NCBI GenBank assembly: GCA_964016885.1
Contig: OZ024743.1
Span: 117,490,001-117,554,000, forward strand
DNA length: 64,000 nt
Direction: 5' to 3'
Source of the DNA: Eledone cirrhosa
Taxonomy: Eukaryota
Below, one piece after another: positions 1 through 9,770 of the stretch (its first letter is position 1; each line of letters begins with the position of its first letter). The translations under genes and the position numbers were made by a program. The notes beneath the pieces are model-generated. The model saw nothing but the letters and a program-made list of their open reading frames with translations, did not search any database and was not told the DNA's origin.

Positions 1-20
1 ATGAATGTATAGAAAGAGCT

Positions 21-26
21 GTCTCT

Positions 27-60
<34 letters not shown>

Positions 61-94
61 TGAAAGGTTGGTGGTTCAAGTCCACCCAGGGACG
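21..94 (+). tRNA. tRNA-Asn-GTT: tRNA-Asn(GTT), unit 1
   Basis: Full cloverleaf: acceptor GTCTCTG/CAGGGAC, D GCGC/GCGC, anticodon GTT at 55-57, T-stem GGTGG/CCACC, A and B boxes; 3 differences from canonical vertebrate-type Asn (C40T, G57A, C60T). Confidence 0.95.
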
Positions 95-105
95 TAATAG
101 TCTAC

Positions 106-109
106 TTTT
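106..109 (+). terminator. Pol III T4 terminator after tRNA-Asn (repeated per unit; reduced to T3 in unit 32)
   Basis: TTTT 12 nt after the discriminator base. Confidence 0.7.
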
Positions 110-403
110 GCTATAGAAACATTACTAAAAAATCTGTATATTTAGGTTTACAGCTTGCATTCAGAATTATTTGTAACACTAATACATGTTTCAATATATT
201 AGCCTGATAAAGATTAATTTTGCTTTACGTTACCTAAACCATTTCATCTCTACTGGATTGTATTTCACCAAAAATCTTCATATTTCTATCTTAAACGAAC
301 ACTGATCATCATCTGATGGAACATATAAAGTGTATGTTATAAAAAAAATTCAAATGTTTTAGCAATCTAAAGTAGATTATATTTGTTTGTTTAAGTCCTT
401 TCG

Positions 404-411
404 TAAATATA
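404..411 (+). promoter_or_regulatory. TATA-like element at -27..-20 of pseudo-tRNA-Lys (repeated per unit)
   Basis: TAAATATA in the TFIIIB-binding zone; weak. Confidence 0.25.
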
Positions 412-430
412 CATTCAGCACGCACCATTG

Positions 431-503
431 ATCCGGCTAGCTCAGTCGGTAGAGCAGGAGACACTTAATCTCAGAGTCCAGGGTTCGTGTCCAACGTTGG
501 GTG
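431..503 (+). pseudogene. tRNA-Lys-CTT: tRNA-Lys(CTT)-derived pseudogene, unit 1
   Basis: 73 nt colinear with canonical Lys-CTT, CTT at 464-466, intact D-arm/A box; but T33A, G27:A43 mismatch, A58T and only 2 of 5 T-stem pairs (CAGGG/CCAAC). Confidence 0.88.
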
Positions 504-528
504 AAAATGGTATTGTTTCCATGATATG

Positions 529-532
529 TTTT
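529..532 (+). terminator. Possible Pol III T4 terminator after pseudo-tRNA-Lys (repeated per unit)
   Basis: First TTTT 26 nt downstream; interrupted TTGTTT at 513-518. Confidence 0.45.
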
Positions 533-867
533 ATAAAATTGACATTAATATTAATATTACGAAATAATTATATGGTACATTCATGTATCATGATCAATTG
601 ATATTCACCCTAAATATCTAATTGCAAAGCGAAATTTTCAGTGAGTTTTCAAAGCATTCTTATATATTTATGAAATTATTTTGCTATAGGTATGATATGA
701 ATTTACTAATATTAATTTTAGTATATAGAACATGCAACAGGAATAAGCAAGTTCAATTCAAATATTTATGTTTTACATATAAATTACTCGTTTCTAAATC
801 ATAAATGATTATATTTCTCGAAGTATTTGTTTAATATAAATATATTGTGGCGATACTGATGTAATTA

Positions 868-875
868 TGACGTCA
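868..875. promoter_or_regulatory. Perfect CRE/ATF palindrome TGACGTCA at -31..-24 of tRNA-Phe (repeated per unit)
   Basis: Exact consensus match; function inferred only. Confidence 0.4.
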
Positions 876-898
876 AATAGAGAGTCACTCGCTGTACA

Positions 899-971
899 GC
901 CGAAATAGCTCAGTTGGGAGAGCGTTAGACTGAAGATCTAAAGGTCCCCTGTTCAATCCCGGGTTTCGGCA
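899..971 (+). tRNA. tRNA-Phe-GAA: tRNA-Phe(GAA), unit 1
   Basis: Acceptor GCCGAAA/TTTCGGC, D GCTC/GAGC, anticodon GAA at 932-934 with G37; T-stem CCCTG/CCGGG has a T52:C62 mismatch. Confidence 0.92.
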
Positions 972-984
972 TGCAGACTTATTA

Positions 985-988
985 TTTT
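985..988 (+). terminator. Pol III T4 terminator after tRNA-Phe (repeated per unit)
   Basis: TTATTATTTT, T4 14 nt after the discriminator base. Confidence 0.7.
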
Positions 989-1252
989 CTCAAATATTTC
1001 TAATGATTTTGATAGAGAACTATATATGATTTAAATAACAAATAATCGAATGGTTCCTTTGTCAGTCATCAAAAAGTCACTTTTATTTTAGTAGACACCA
1101 AATAATACCAACTATCAGCAAAACGTCATATAGTTCAGGTGTGTTATTGAACATTTAGTTCCGATTCAATAAAAGAGGAATATTAGACGACAATATCAGC
1201 TATTCAGTTTATCAATTCAAATAATGTGTTGAACATTCTAAACGAAACCGTC

Positions 1253-1259
1253 TATATAT
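1253..1259 (+). promoter_or_regulatory. TATA-like element at -25..-19 of tRNA-Asn (repeated per unit)
   Basis: TATATAT in the TFIIIB-binding zone; AT-rich background weakens the call. Confidence 0.35.
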
Positions 1260-1277
1260 GAATGTATAGTAAGAGCT

Positions 1278-1351
1278 GTCTCTGTGTCGCAATCGGTTAG
1301 CGCGTTCGGCTGTTAACTGAAATGTTGGTGGTTCAAGTCCACCCAGGGACG
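1278..1351 (+). tRNA. tRNA-Asn-GTT: tRNA-Asn(GTT), unit 2 (G10T, G45T; likely impaired)
   Basis: Copy of unit 1 gene with A-box/D-stem change. Confidence 0.75.
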
Positions 1352-1687
1352 TAATAGTCTACTTTTGCTTTAGAAACATTACTAAAAAATCTGTATATTT
1401 AGGTTTACAGCTTGCATTCAGAATTATTTGTAACACTAATACATGTTTCAATATATTAGCCTGATAAAGATTAATTTTGCTTTACGTTACCTAAACCATT
1501 TCATCTCTACTGGATTGTATTTCACCAAAAATCTTCATATTTCTATCTTAAACGAACACTGATCATCATCTGATGGAACATATAAAGTGTATGTTATAAA
1601 AAAAATTCAAATGTTTTAACAATCTAAAGTAGATTATATTTGTTTGTTTAAGTCCTTTCGTAAATATACATTCAGCACGCACCATTG

Positions 1688-1760
1688 ATCCGGCTAGCTC
1701 AGTCGGTAGAGCAGGAGACACTTAATCTCAGAGTCCAGGGTTCGTGTCCAACGTTGGGTG
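1688..1760 (+). pseudogene. tRNA-Lys-CTT: pseudo-tRNA-Lys(CTT), unit 2
   Basis: As unit 1. Confidence 0.85.
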
Positions 1761-2155
1761 AAAATGGTATTGTTTCCATGATATGTTTTATAAAATTGAC
1801 ATTAATATTAATATTACGAAATAATTATATGGTACATTCATGTATCATGATCAATTGATATTCACCCTAAATATCTAATTGCAAAGCGAAATTTTCAGTG
1901 AGTTTTCAAAGCATTCTTATATATTTATGAAATTATTTTGCTATAGGTATGATATGAATTTACTAATATTAATTTTAGTATATAGAACTTGCAACAGGAA
2001 TAAGCAAGTTCAATTCAAATATTTATGTTTTACATATAAATCACTCGTTTCTAAATCATAAATGATTATATTTCTCGAAGTATTTGTTTAATATAAATAT
2101 ATTGTGGCGATACTGATGTAATTATGACGTCAAAGAGAGAGTCACTAGCTGTACA

Positions 2156-2228
2156 GCCGAAATAGCTCAGTTGGGAGAGCGTTAGACTGAAGATCTAAAG
2201 GTCCCCTGTTCACTCCCGGGTTTCGGCA
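2156..2228 (+). tRNA. tRNA-Phe-GAA: tRNA-Phe(GAA), unit 2 (A58C, B-box hit)
   Basis: GTTCACTCC instead of GTTCAATCC. Confidence 0.75.
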
Positions 2229-2534
2229 TGCAGACTTATTATTTTCTCAAATATTTCTAATGATTTTGATAGAGAACTATATATGATTTAAATAACAAAT
2301 AATCGAATGGTTCCTTTGTCAGTCATCAAAAAGTCACTTTTATTTTAGTAGACACCAAATAATACCAACTATCAGCAAAACGTCATATAGTTCAGGTGTG
2401 TTTTTGAACATTTAGTTCCGATTCAATAAAAGAGGAATATTAGACGACAATATCAGCTATTCAGTTTATCAATTCAAATAATGTGTTGAACATTCTAAAC
2501 GAAACCGTCTATATATGAATGTATAGTAAGAGCT

Positions 2535-2540
2535 GTCTCT

Positions 2541-2574
<34 letters not shown>

Positions 2575-2608
2575 TGAAAGGTTGGTGGTTCAAGTCCACC
2601 CAGGGACG
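2535..2608 (+). tRNA. tRNA-Asn-GTT: tRNA-Asn(GTT), unit 3
   Basis: As unit 1. Confidence 0.93.
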
Positions 2609-2944
2609 TAATAGTCTACTTTTGCTTTAGAAACATTACTAAAAAATCTGTATATTTAGGTTTACAGCTTGCATTCAGAATTATTTGTAACACTAATACA
2701 TGTTTCAATATATTAGCCTGATAAAGATTAATTTTGCTTTACGTTACCTAAACCATTTCATCTCTACTGGATTGTATTTCACCAAAAATCTTCATATTTC
2801 TATCTTAAACGAACACTGATCATCATCTGATGGAACATATAAAGTGTATGTTATAAAAAAAATTCAAATGTTTTAACAATCTAAAGTAGATTATATTTGT
2901 TTGTTTAAGTCCTTTCGTAAATATACATTCAGCACGCACCATTG

Positions 2945-3017
2945 ATCCGGCTAGCTCAGTCGGTAGAGCAGGAGACACTTAATCTCAGAGTCCAGGGTTC
3001 GTGTCCAACGTTGGGTG
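2945..3017 (+). pseudogene. tRNA-Lys-CTT: pseudo-tRNA-Lys(CTT), unit 3
   Basis: As unit 1. Confidence 0.85.
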
Positions 3018-3412
3018 AAAATGGTATTGTTTCCATGATATGTTTTATAAAATTGACATTTATATTAATATTACGAAATAATTATATGGTACATTCATGT
3101 ATCATGATCAATTGATATTCACCCTAAATATCTAATTGCAAAGCGAAATTTTCAGTGAGTTTTCAAAGCATTCTTATATATTTATGAAATTATTTTGCTA
3201 TAGGTATGATATGAATTTACTAATATTAATTTTAGTATATAGAACATGCAACAGGAATAAGCAAGTTCAATTCAAATATTTATGTTTTACATATAAATTA
3301 CTCGTTTCTAAATCATAAATGATTATATTTCTCGAAGTATTTGTTTAATATAAATATATTGTGGCGATACTGATGTAATTATGACGTCAAATACAGAGTC
3401 ACTAGCTGTACA

Positions 3413-3485
3413 GCCGAAATAGCTCAGTTGGGAGAGCGTTAGACTGAAGATCTAAAGGTCCCCTGTTCAATCCCGGGTTTCGGCA
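3413..3485 (+). tRNA. tRNA-Phe-GAA: tRNA-Phe(GAA), unit 3
   Basis: As unit 1. Confidence 0.9.
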
Positions 3486-3791
3486 TGCAGACGTATTATT
3501 TTCTCAAATATTTCTAATGATTTTGATAGAGAACTATATATGATTTAAATAACAATTCATCGAATGGTTCCTTTGTCAGTCATCAAAAAGTCACTTTTAT
3601 TTTAGTAGACACCAAATAATACCAACTATCAGCAAAACGTCGTATAGTTCAGGTGTGTTTTTAAACATTTAGTTCCGATTCAATAAAAGAGGAATATTAG
3701 ACGACAATATCAGGTATTCAGTTTATCAATTCAAATAATGTGTTGAACATTCTAAACGAAACCGTCTATATATGAATGTATAGAAAGAGCT

Positions 3792-3797
3792 GTCTCT

Positions 3798-3831
<34 letters not shown>

Positions 3832-3865
3832 TGAAAGGTTGGTGGTTCAAGTCCACCCAGGGACG
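3792..3865 (+). tRNA. tRNA-Asn-GTT: tRNA-Asn(GTT), unit 4
   Basis: As unit 1. Confidence 0.93.
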
Positions 3866-4201
3866 TAATAGTCTACTTTTGCTTTAGAAACATTACTAAA
3901 AAATCTGTATATTTAGGTTTACAGCTTGCATTCAGAATTATTTGTAACACTAATACATGTTTCAATATATTAGCCTGATAAAGATTAATTTTGCTTTACG
4001 TTACCTAAACCATTTCATCTCTACTGGATTGTATTTCACCAAAAATCTTCATATTTCTATCTTAAACGAACACTGATCATCATCTGATGGAACATATAAA
4101 GTGTATGTTATAAAAAAAATTCAAATGTTTTAACAATCTAAAGTAGATTATATTTGTTTGTTTAAGTCCTTTCGTAAATATACATTCAGCACGCACCATT
4201 G

Positions 4202-4274
4202 ATCCGGCTAGCTCAGTCGGTAGAGCAGGAGACACTTAATCTCAGAGTCCAGGGTTCGTGTCCAACGTTGGGTG
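4202..4274 (+). pseudogene. tRNA-Lys-CTT: pseudo-tRNA-Lys(CTT), unit 4
   Basis: As unit 1. Confidence 0.85.
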
Positions 4275-4669
4275 AAAATGGTATTGTTTCCATGATATGT
4301 TTTATAAAATTGACATTAATATTAATATTACGAAATAATTATATGGTACATTCATGTATCATGATCAATTGATATTCATCCTAAATATTTAATAGCAAAG
4401 CGAAATTTTCAGTGAGTTTTCAAAACATTCTTATATATTTATGAAATTATTTTGCTATAGGTATGATATGAATTTACTAATATTAATTTTAGTATATAGA
4501 ACTTGCAACAGGAATAAGCAAGTTCAATTCAAATATTTATGTTTTACATAAAAATTACTCGTTTCTAAATCATAAATGATTATATTTCTCGAAGTATTTG
4601 TTTAATATAAATATATTGTGGCGATACTGATGTAATTATGACGTCAATTAGAGAGTCACTAGCTGTACA

Positions 4670-4742
4670 GCCGAAATAGCTCAGTTGGGAGAGCGTTAGA
4701 CTGAAGATCTAAAGGTCCCCTGTTCAATCCCGGGTTTCGGCA
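4670..4742 (+). tRNA. tRNA-Phe-GAA: tRNA-Phe(GAA), unit 4
   Basis: As unit 1. Confidence 0.9.
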
Positions 4743-5048
4743 TGCAGACTTATTATTTTCTCAAGTATTTCTAATGATTTTGATAGAGAACTATTTATGA
4801 TTTAAATAACAATTAATCGAATGGTTCCTTTGTCAGTCATCAAAAAGTCACTTTTATTTTAGTAGACACCAAATAATACCAACTATCAGCAACACGTCAT
4901 ATAGTTCAGGTGTGTTTTTGAACATTTAGTTCCGATTCAATAAAACAGGAATATTAGACGACAATATCAGCTATTCAGTTTATCAATTCAAATAATGTGT
5001 TGAACATTCTAAACGAAACCGTCTATATATGAATGTATAGTAAGAGCT

Positions 5049-5055
5049 GTCTCTA

Positions 5056-5088
<33 letters not shown>

Positions 5089-5122
5089 TGAAAGGTTGGT
5101 GGTTCAAGTCCACCCAGGGACG
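5049..5122 (+). tRNA. tRNA-Asn-GTT: tRNA-Asn(GTT), unit 5 (G7A)
   Basis: As unit 1, A7:C66 mismatch. Confidence 0.85.
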
Positions 5123-5458
5123 TAATAGTCTACTTTTGCTTTAGAAACATTACTAAAAAATCTGTATATTTAGGTTTACAGCTTGCATTCAGAATTATTT
5201 GTAACACTAATACATGTTTCAATATATTAGCCTGATAAAGATTAATTTTGCTTTACGTTACCTAAACCATTTCATCTCTACTGGATTGTATTTCACCAAA
5301 AATCTTCATATTTCTATCTTAAACGAACACTGATCATCATCTGATGGAACATATAAAGTGTATGTTATAAAAAAAATTCAAATGTTTTAACAATCTAAAG
5401 TAGATTATATTTGTTTGTTTAAGTCCTTTCGTAAATATACATTCAGCACGCACCATTG

Positions 5459-5531
5459 ATCCGGCTAGCTCAGTCGGTAGAGCAGGAGACACTTAATCTC
5501 AGAGTCCAGGGTTCGTGTCCAACGTTGGGTG
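5459..5531 (+). pseudogene. tRNA-Lys-CTT: pseudo-tRNA-Lys(CTT), unit 5
   Basis: As unit 1. Confidence 0.85.
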
Positions 5532-5926
5532 AAAATGGTATTGTTTCCATGATATGTTTTATAAAATTGACATTAATATTAATATTACGAAATAATTATA
5601 TGGTACATTCATGTATCATGATCAATTGATATTCACCCTAAATATCTAATTGCAAAGCGAAATTTTCAGTGAGTTTTCAAAGCATTCTTATATATTTATG
5701 AAATTATTTTGCTATAGGTATGATATGAATTTACTAATATTAATTTTAGTATATAGAACTTGCAACAGGAATAAGCAAGTTCAATTCAAATATTTATGTT
5801 TTACATATAAATCACTCGTTTCTAAATCATAAATGATTATATTTCTCGAAGTATTTGTTTAATATAAATATATTGTGGCGATACTGATGTAATTATGACG
5901 TCAAAGAGAGAGTCACTAGCTGTACA

Positions 5927-5999
5927 GCCGAAATAGCTCAGTTGGGAGAGCGTTAGACTGAAGATCTAAAGGTCCCCTGTTCACTCCCGGGTTTCGGCA
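5927..5999 (+). tRNA. tRNA-Phe-GAA: tRNA-Phe(GAA), unit 5 (A58C)
   Basis: As unit 2. Confidence 0.75.
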
Positions 6000-6305
6000 T
6001 GCAGACTTATTATTTTCTCAAATATTTCTAATGATTTTGATAGAGAACTATATATGATTTAAATAACAAATAATCGAATGGTTCCTTTGTCAGTCATCAA
6101 AAAGTCACTTTTATTTTAGTAGACACCAAATAATACCAACTATCAGCAAAACGTCATATAGTTCAGGTGTGTTTTTGAACATTTAGTTCCGATTCAATAA
6201 AAGAGGAATATTAGACGACAATATCAGCTATTCAGTTTATCAATTCAAATAATGTGTTGAACATTCTAAACGAAACCGTCTATATATGAATGTATAGTAA
6301 GAGCT

Positions 6306-6311
6306 GTCTCT

Positions 6312-6345
<34 letters not shown>

Positions 6346-6379
6346 TGAAAGGTTGGTGGTTCAAGTCCACCCAGGGACG
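6306..6379 (+). tRNA. tRNA-Asn-GTT: tRNA-Asn(GTT), unit 6
   Basis: As unit 1. Confidence 0.93.
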
Positions 6380-6715
6380 TAATAGTCTACTTTTGCTTTA
6401 GAAACATTACTAAAAAATCTGTATATTTAGGTTTACAGCTTGCATTCAGAATTATTTGTAACACTAATACATGTTTCAATATATTAGCCTGATAAAGATT
6501 AATTTTGCTTTACGTTACCTAAACCATTTCATCTCTACTGGATTGTATTTCACCAAAAATCTTCATATTTCTATCTTAAACGAACACTGATCATCATCTG
6601 ATGGAACATATAAAGTGTATGTTATAAAAAAAATTCAAATGTTTTAACAATCTAAAGTAGATTATATTTGTTTGTTTAAGTCCTTTCGTAAATATACATT
6701 CAGCACGCACCATTG

Positions 6716-6788
6716 ATCCGGCTAGCTCAGTCGGTAGAGCAGGAGACACTTAATCTCAGAGTCCAGGGTTCGTGTCCAACGTTGGGTG
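6716..6788 (+). pseudogene. tRNA-Lys-CTT: pseudo-tRNA-Lys(CTT), unit 6
   Basis: As unit 1. Confidence 0.85.
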
Positions 6789-7183
6789 AAAATGGTATTG
6801 TTTCCATGATATGTTTTATAAAATTGACATTTATATTAATATTACGAAATAATTATATGGTACATTCATGTATCATGATCAATTGATATTCACCCTAAAT
6901 ATCTAATTGCAAAGCGAAATTTTCAGTGAGTTTTCAAAGCATTCTTATATATTTATGAAATTATTTTGCTATAGGTATGATATGAATTTACTAATATTAA
7001 TTTTAGTATATAGAACATGCAACAGGAATAAGCAAGTTCAATTCAAATATTTATGTTTTACATATAAATTACTCGTTTCTAAATCATAAATGATTATATT
7101 TCTCGAAGTATTTGTTTAATATAAATATATTGTGGCGATACTGATGTAATTATGACGTCAAATACAGAGTCACTAGCTGTACA

Positions 7184-7256
7184 GCCGAAATAGCTCAGTT
7201 GGGAGAGCGTTAGACTGAAGATCTAAAGGTCCCCTGTTCAATCCCGGGTTTCGGCA
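7184..7256 (+). tRNA. tRNA-Phe-GAA: tRNA-Phe(GAA), unit 6
   Basis: As unit 1. Confidence 0.9.
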
Positions 7257-7562
7257 TGCAGACGTATTATTTTCTCAAATATTTCTAATGATTTTGATAG
7301 AGAACTATATATGATTTAAATAACAATTCATCGAATGGTTCCTTTGTCAGTCATCAAAAAGTCACTTTTATTTTAGTAGACACCAAATAATACCAACTAT
7401 CAGCAAAACGTCGTATAGTTCAGGTGTGTTTTTAAACATTTAGTTCCGATTCAATAAAAGAGGAATATTAGACGACAATATCAGGTATTCAGTTTATCAA
7501 TTCAAATAATGTGTTGAACATTCTAAACGAAACCGTCTATATATGAATGTATAGAAAGAGCT

Positions 7563-7568
7563 GTCTCT

Positions 7569-7602
<34 letters not shown>

Positions 7603-7636
7603 TGAAAGGTTGGTGGTTCAAGTCCACCCAGGGACG
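7563..7636 (+). tRNA. tRNA-Asn-GTT: tRNA-Asn(GTT), unit 7
   Basis: As unit 1. Confidence 0.93.
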
Positions 7637-7972
7637 TAATAGTCTACTTTTGCTTTAGAAACATTACTAAAAAATCTGTATATTTAGGTTTACAGCTTGC
7701 ATTCAGAATTATTTGTAACACTAATACATGTTTCAATATATTAGCCTGATAAAGATTAATTTTGCTTTACGTTACCTAAACCATTTCATCTCTACTGGAT
7801 TGTATTTCACCAAAAATCTTCATATTTCTATCTTAAACGAACACTGATCATCATCTGATGGAACATATAAAGTGTATGTTATAAAAAAAATTCAAATGTT
7901 TTAACAATCTAAAGTAGATTATATTTGTTTGTTTAAGTCCTTTCGTAAATATACATTCAGCACGCACCATTG

Positions 7973-8045
7973 ATCCGGCTAGCTCAGTCGGTAGAGCAGG
8001 AGACACTTAATCTCAGAGTCCAGGGTTCGTGTCCAACGTTGGGTG
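7973..8045 (+). pseudogene. tRNA-Lys-CTT: pseudo-tRNA-Lys(CTT), unit 7
   Basis: As unit 1. Confidence 0.85.
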
Positions 8046-8440
8046 AAAATGGTATTGTTTCCATGATATGTTTTATAAAATTGACATTTATATTAATATT
8101 ACGAAATAATTATATGGTACATTCATGTATCATGATCAATTGATATTCACCCTAAATATCTAATTGCAAAGTGAAATTTTCAGTGAGTTTTCAAAGCATT
8201 CTTATATATTTATGAAATTATTTTGCTATAGGTATGATATGAATTTACTAATATTAATTTTAGTATATAGAACATGCAACAGGAATAAGCAAGTTCAATT
8301 CAAATATTTATGTTTTACATATAAATTACTCGTTTCTAAATCATAAATGATTATATTTCTCGAAGTATTTGTTTAATATAAATATATTGTGGCGATACTG
8401 ATGTAATTATGACGTCAAATACAGAGTCACTAGCTGTACA

Positions 8441-8513
8441 GCCGAAATAGCTCAGTTGGGAGAGCGTTAGACTGAAGATCTAAAGGTCCCCTGTTCAATC
8501 CCGGGTTTCGGCA
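8441..8513 (+). tRNA. tRNA-Phe-GAA: tRNA-Phe(GAA), unit 7
   Basis: As unit 1. Confidence 0.9.
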
Positions 8514-8819
8514 TGCAGACGTATTATTTTCTCAAATATTTCTAATGATTTTGATAGAGAACTATATATGATTTAAATAACAATTCATCGAATGGTTCCT
8601 TTGTCAGTCATCAAAAAGTCACTTTTATTTTAGTAGACACCAAATAATACCAACTATCAGCAAAACGTCGTATAGTTCAGGTGTGTTTTTAAACATTTAG
8701 TTCCGATTCAATAAAAGAGGAATATTAGACGACAATATCAGGTATTCAGTTTATCAATTCAAATAATGTGTTGAACATTCTAAACGAAACCGTCTATATA
8801 TGAATGTATAGAAAGAGCT

Positions 8820-8825
8820 GTCTCT

Positions 8826-8859
<34 letters not shown>

Positions 8860-8893
8860 TGAAAGGTTGGTGGTTCAAGTCCACCCAGGGACG
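8820..8893 (+). tRNA. tRNA-Asn-GTT: tRNA-Asn(GTT), unit 8
   Basis: As unit 1. Confidence 0.93.
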
Positions 8894-9229
8894 TAATAGT
8901 CTACTTTTGCTTTAGAAACATTACTAAAAAATCTGTATATTTAGGTTTACAGCTTGCATTCAGAATTATTTGTAACACTAATACATGTTTCAATATATTA
9001 GCCTGATAAAGATTAATTTTGCTTTACGTTACCTAAACCATTTCATCTCTACTGGATTGTATTTCACCAAAAATCTTCATATTTCTATCTTAAACGAACA
9101 CTGATCATCATCTGATGGAACATATAAAGTGTATGTTATAAAAAAAATTCAAATGTTTTAACAATCTAAAGTAGATTATATTTGTTTGTTTAAGTCCTTT
9201 CGTAAATATACATTCAGCACGCACCATTG

Positions 9230-9302
9230 ATCCGGCTAGCTCAGTCGGTAGAGCAGGAGACACTTAATCTCAGAGTCCAGGGTTCGTGTCCAACGTTGGG
9301 TG
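9230..9302 (+). pseudogene. tRNA-Lys-CTT: pseudo-tRNA-Lys(CTT), unit 8
   Basis: As unit 1. Confidence 0.85.
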
Positions 9303-9697
9303 AAAATGGTATTGTTTCCATGATATGTTTTATAAAATTGACATTTATATTAATATTACGAAATAATTATATGGTACATTCATGTATCATGATCAATTGA
9401 TATTCACCCTAAATATCTAATTGCAAAGTGAAATTTTCAGTGAGTTTTCAAAGCATTCTTATATATTTATGAAATTATTTTGCTATAGGTATGATATGAA
9501 TTTACTAATATTAATTTTAGTATATAGAACATGCAACAGGAATAAGCAAGTTCAATTCAAATATTTATGTTTTACAAAAAAATTACTCGTTTCTAAATCA
9601 TAAATGATTATATTTCTCGAAGTATTTGTTTAATTTAAATATATTGTGGCGATACTGATGTAATTATGACGTCAAATAGAGAGTCACTAGCTGTACA

Positions 9698-9770
9698 GCC
9701 GAAATAGCTCAGTTGGGAGAGCGTTAGACTGAAGATCTAAAGGTCCCCTGTTCAATCCCGGGTTTCGGCA
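9698..9770 (+). tRNA. tRNA-Phe-GAA: tRNA-Phe(GAA), unit 8
   Basis: As unit 1. Confidence 0.9.

Noticed and set aside
161-315. Minus-strand snoRNA/snRNA (box C-like ATGATGA near 305-311, Sm-like ATTTTTGG near 268-275, CTGA at 161-164)
   Set aside because: Short motifs expected by chance in AT-rich DNA; no terminal stem or snRNA-like structure seen. An Infernal/Rfam scan would be decisive
546-602. Clustered palindromes TAATATTAATATTA, ATCATGAT, ATCAATTGAT
   Set aside because: Low-complexity AT-rich sequence; the 14-mer is disrupted in units 3, 6, 7 and 8; no supporting context
431-620. tRNA-Lys-derived SINE
   Set aside because: Similarity covers exactly one tRNA length; no visible SINE body, tail repeat or target-site duplication. 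A genome-wide search for dispersed copies of 431-620 would settle it
622-804. 60-aa ORF MQSEIFSEF... repeated 17 times
   Set aside because: Starts at TTG, lies in an AT-rich spacer, has no recognisable domain, and is broken in the other 34 units by TTG>TAG or TAT>TAA-type changes; its repetition only reflects the array
1128-1240. Possible fourth decayed tRNA or internal repeat (TAGTTCAGGTG; GTGT..TGAACATT twice)
   Set aside because: No cloverleaf or correctly spaced A/B boxes; the direct repeat is only about 8-12 bp
1-1257. 5S rRNA, spliced-leader or histone-gene repeat components
   Set aside because: No recognisable similarity to these on either strand of the unit
1-1257. Unit length as a nucleosome multiple or in-frame period (1257 = 3 x 419)
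   Set aside because: Numerology without MNase data; all frames contain frequent stops and the indels in the right half are not multiples of 3
95-1277. Entamoeba-type tRNA-STR array
   Set aside because: Spacers contain no short tandem repeat blocks and the tRNA sequences are metazoan type
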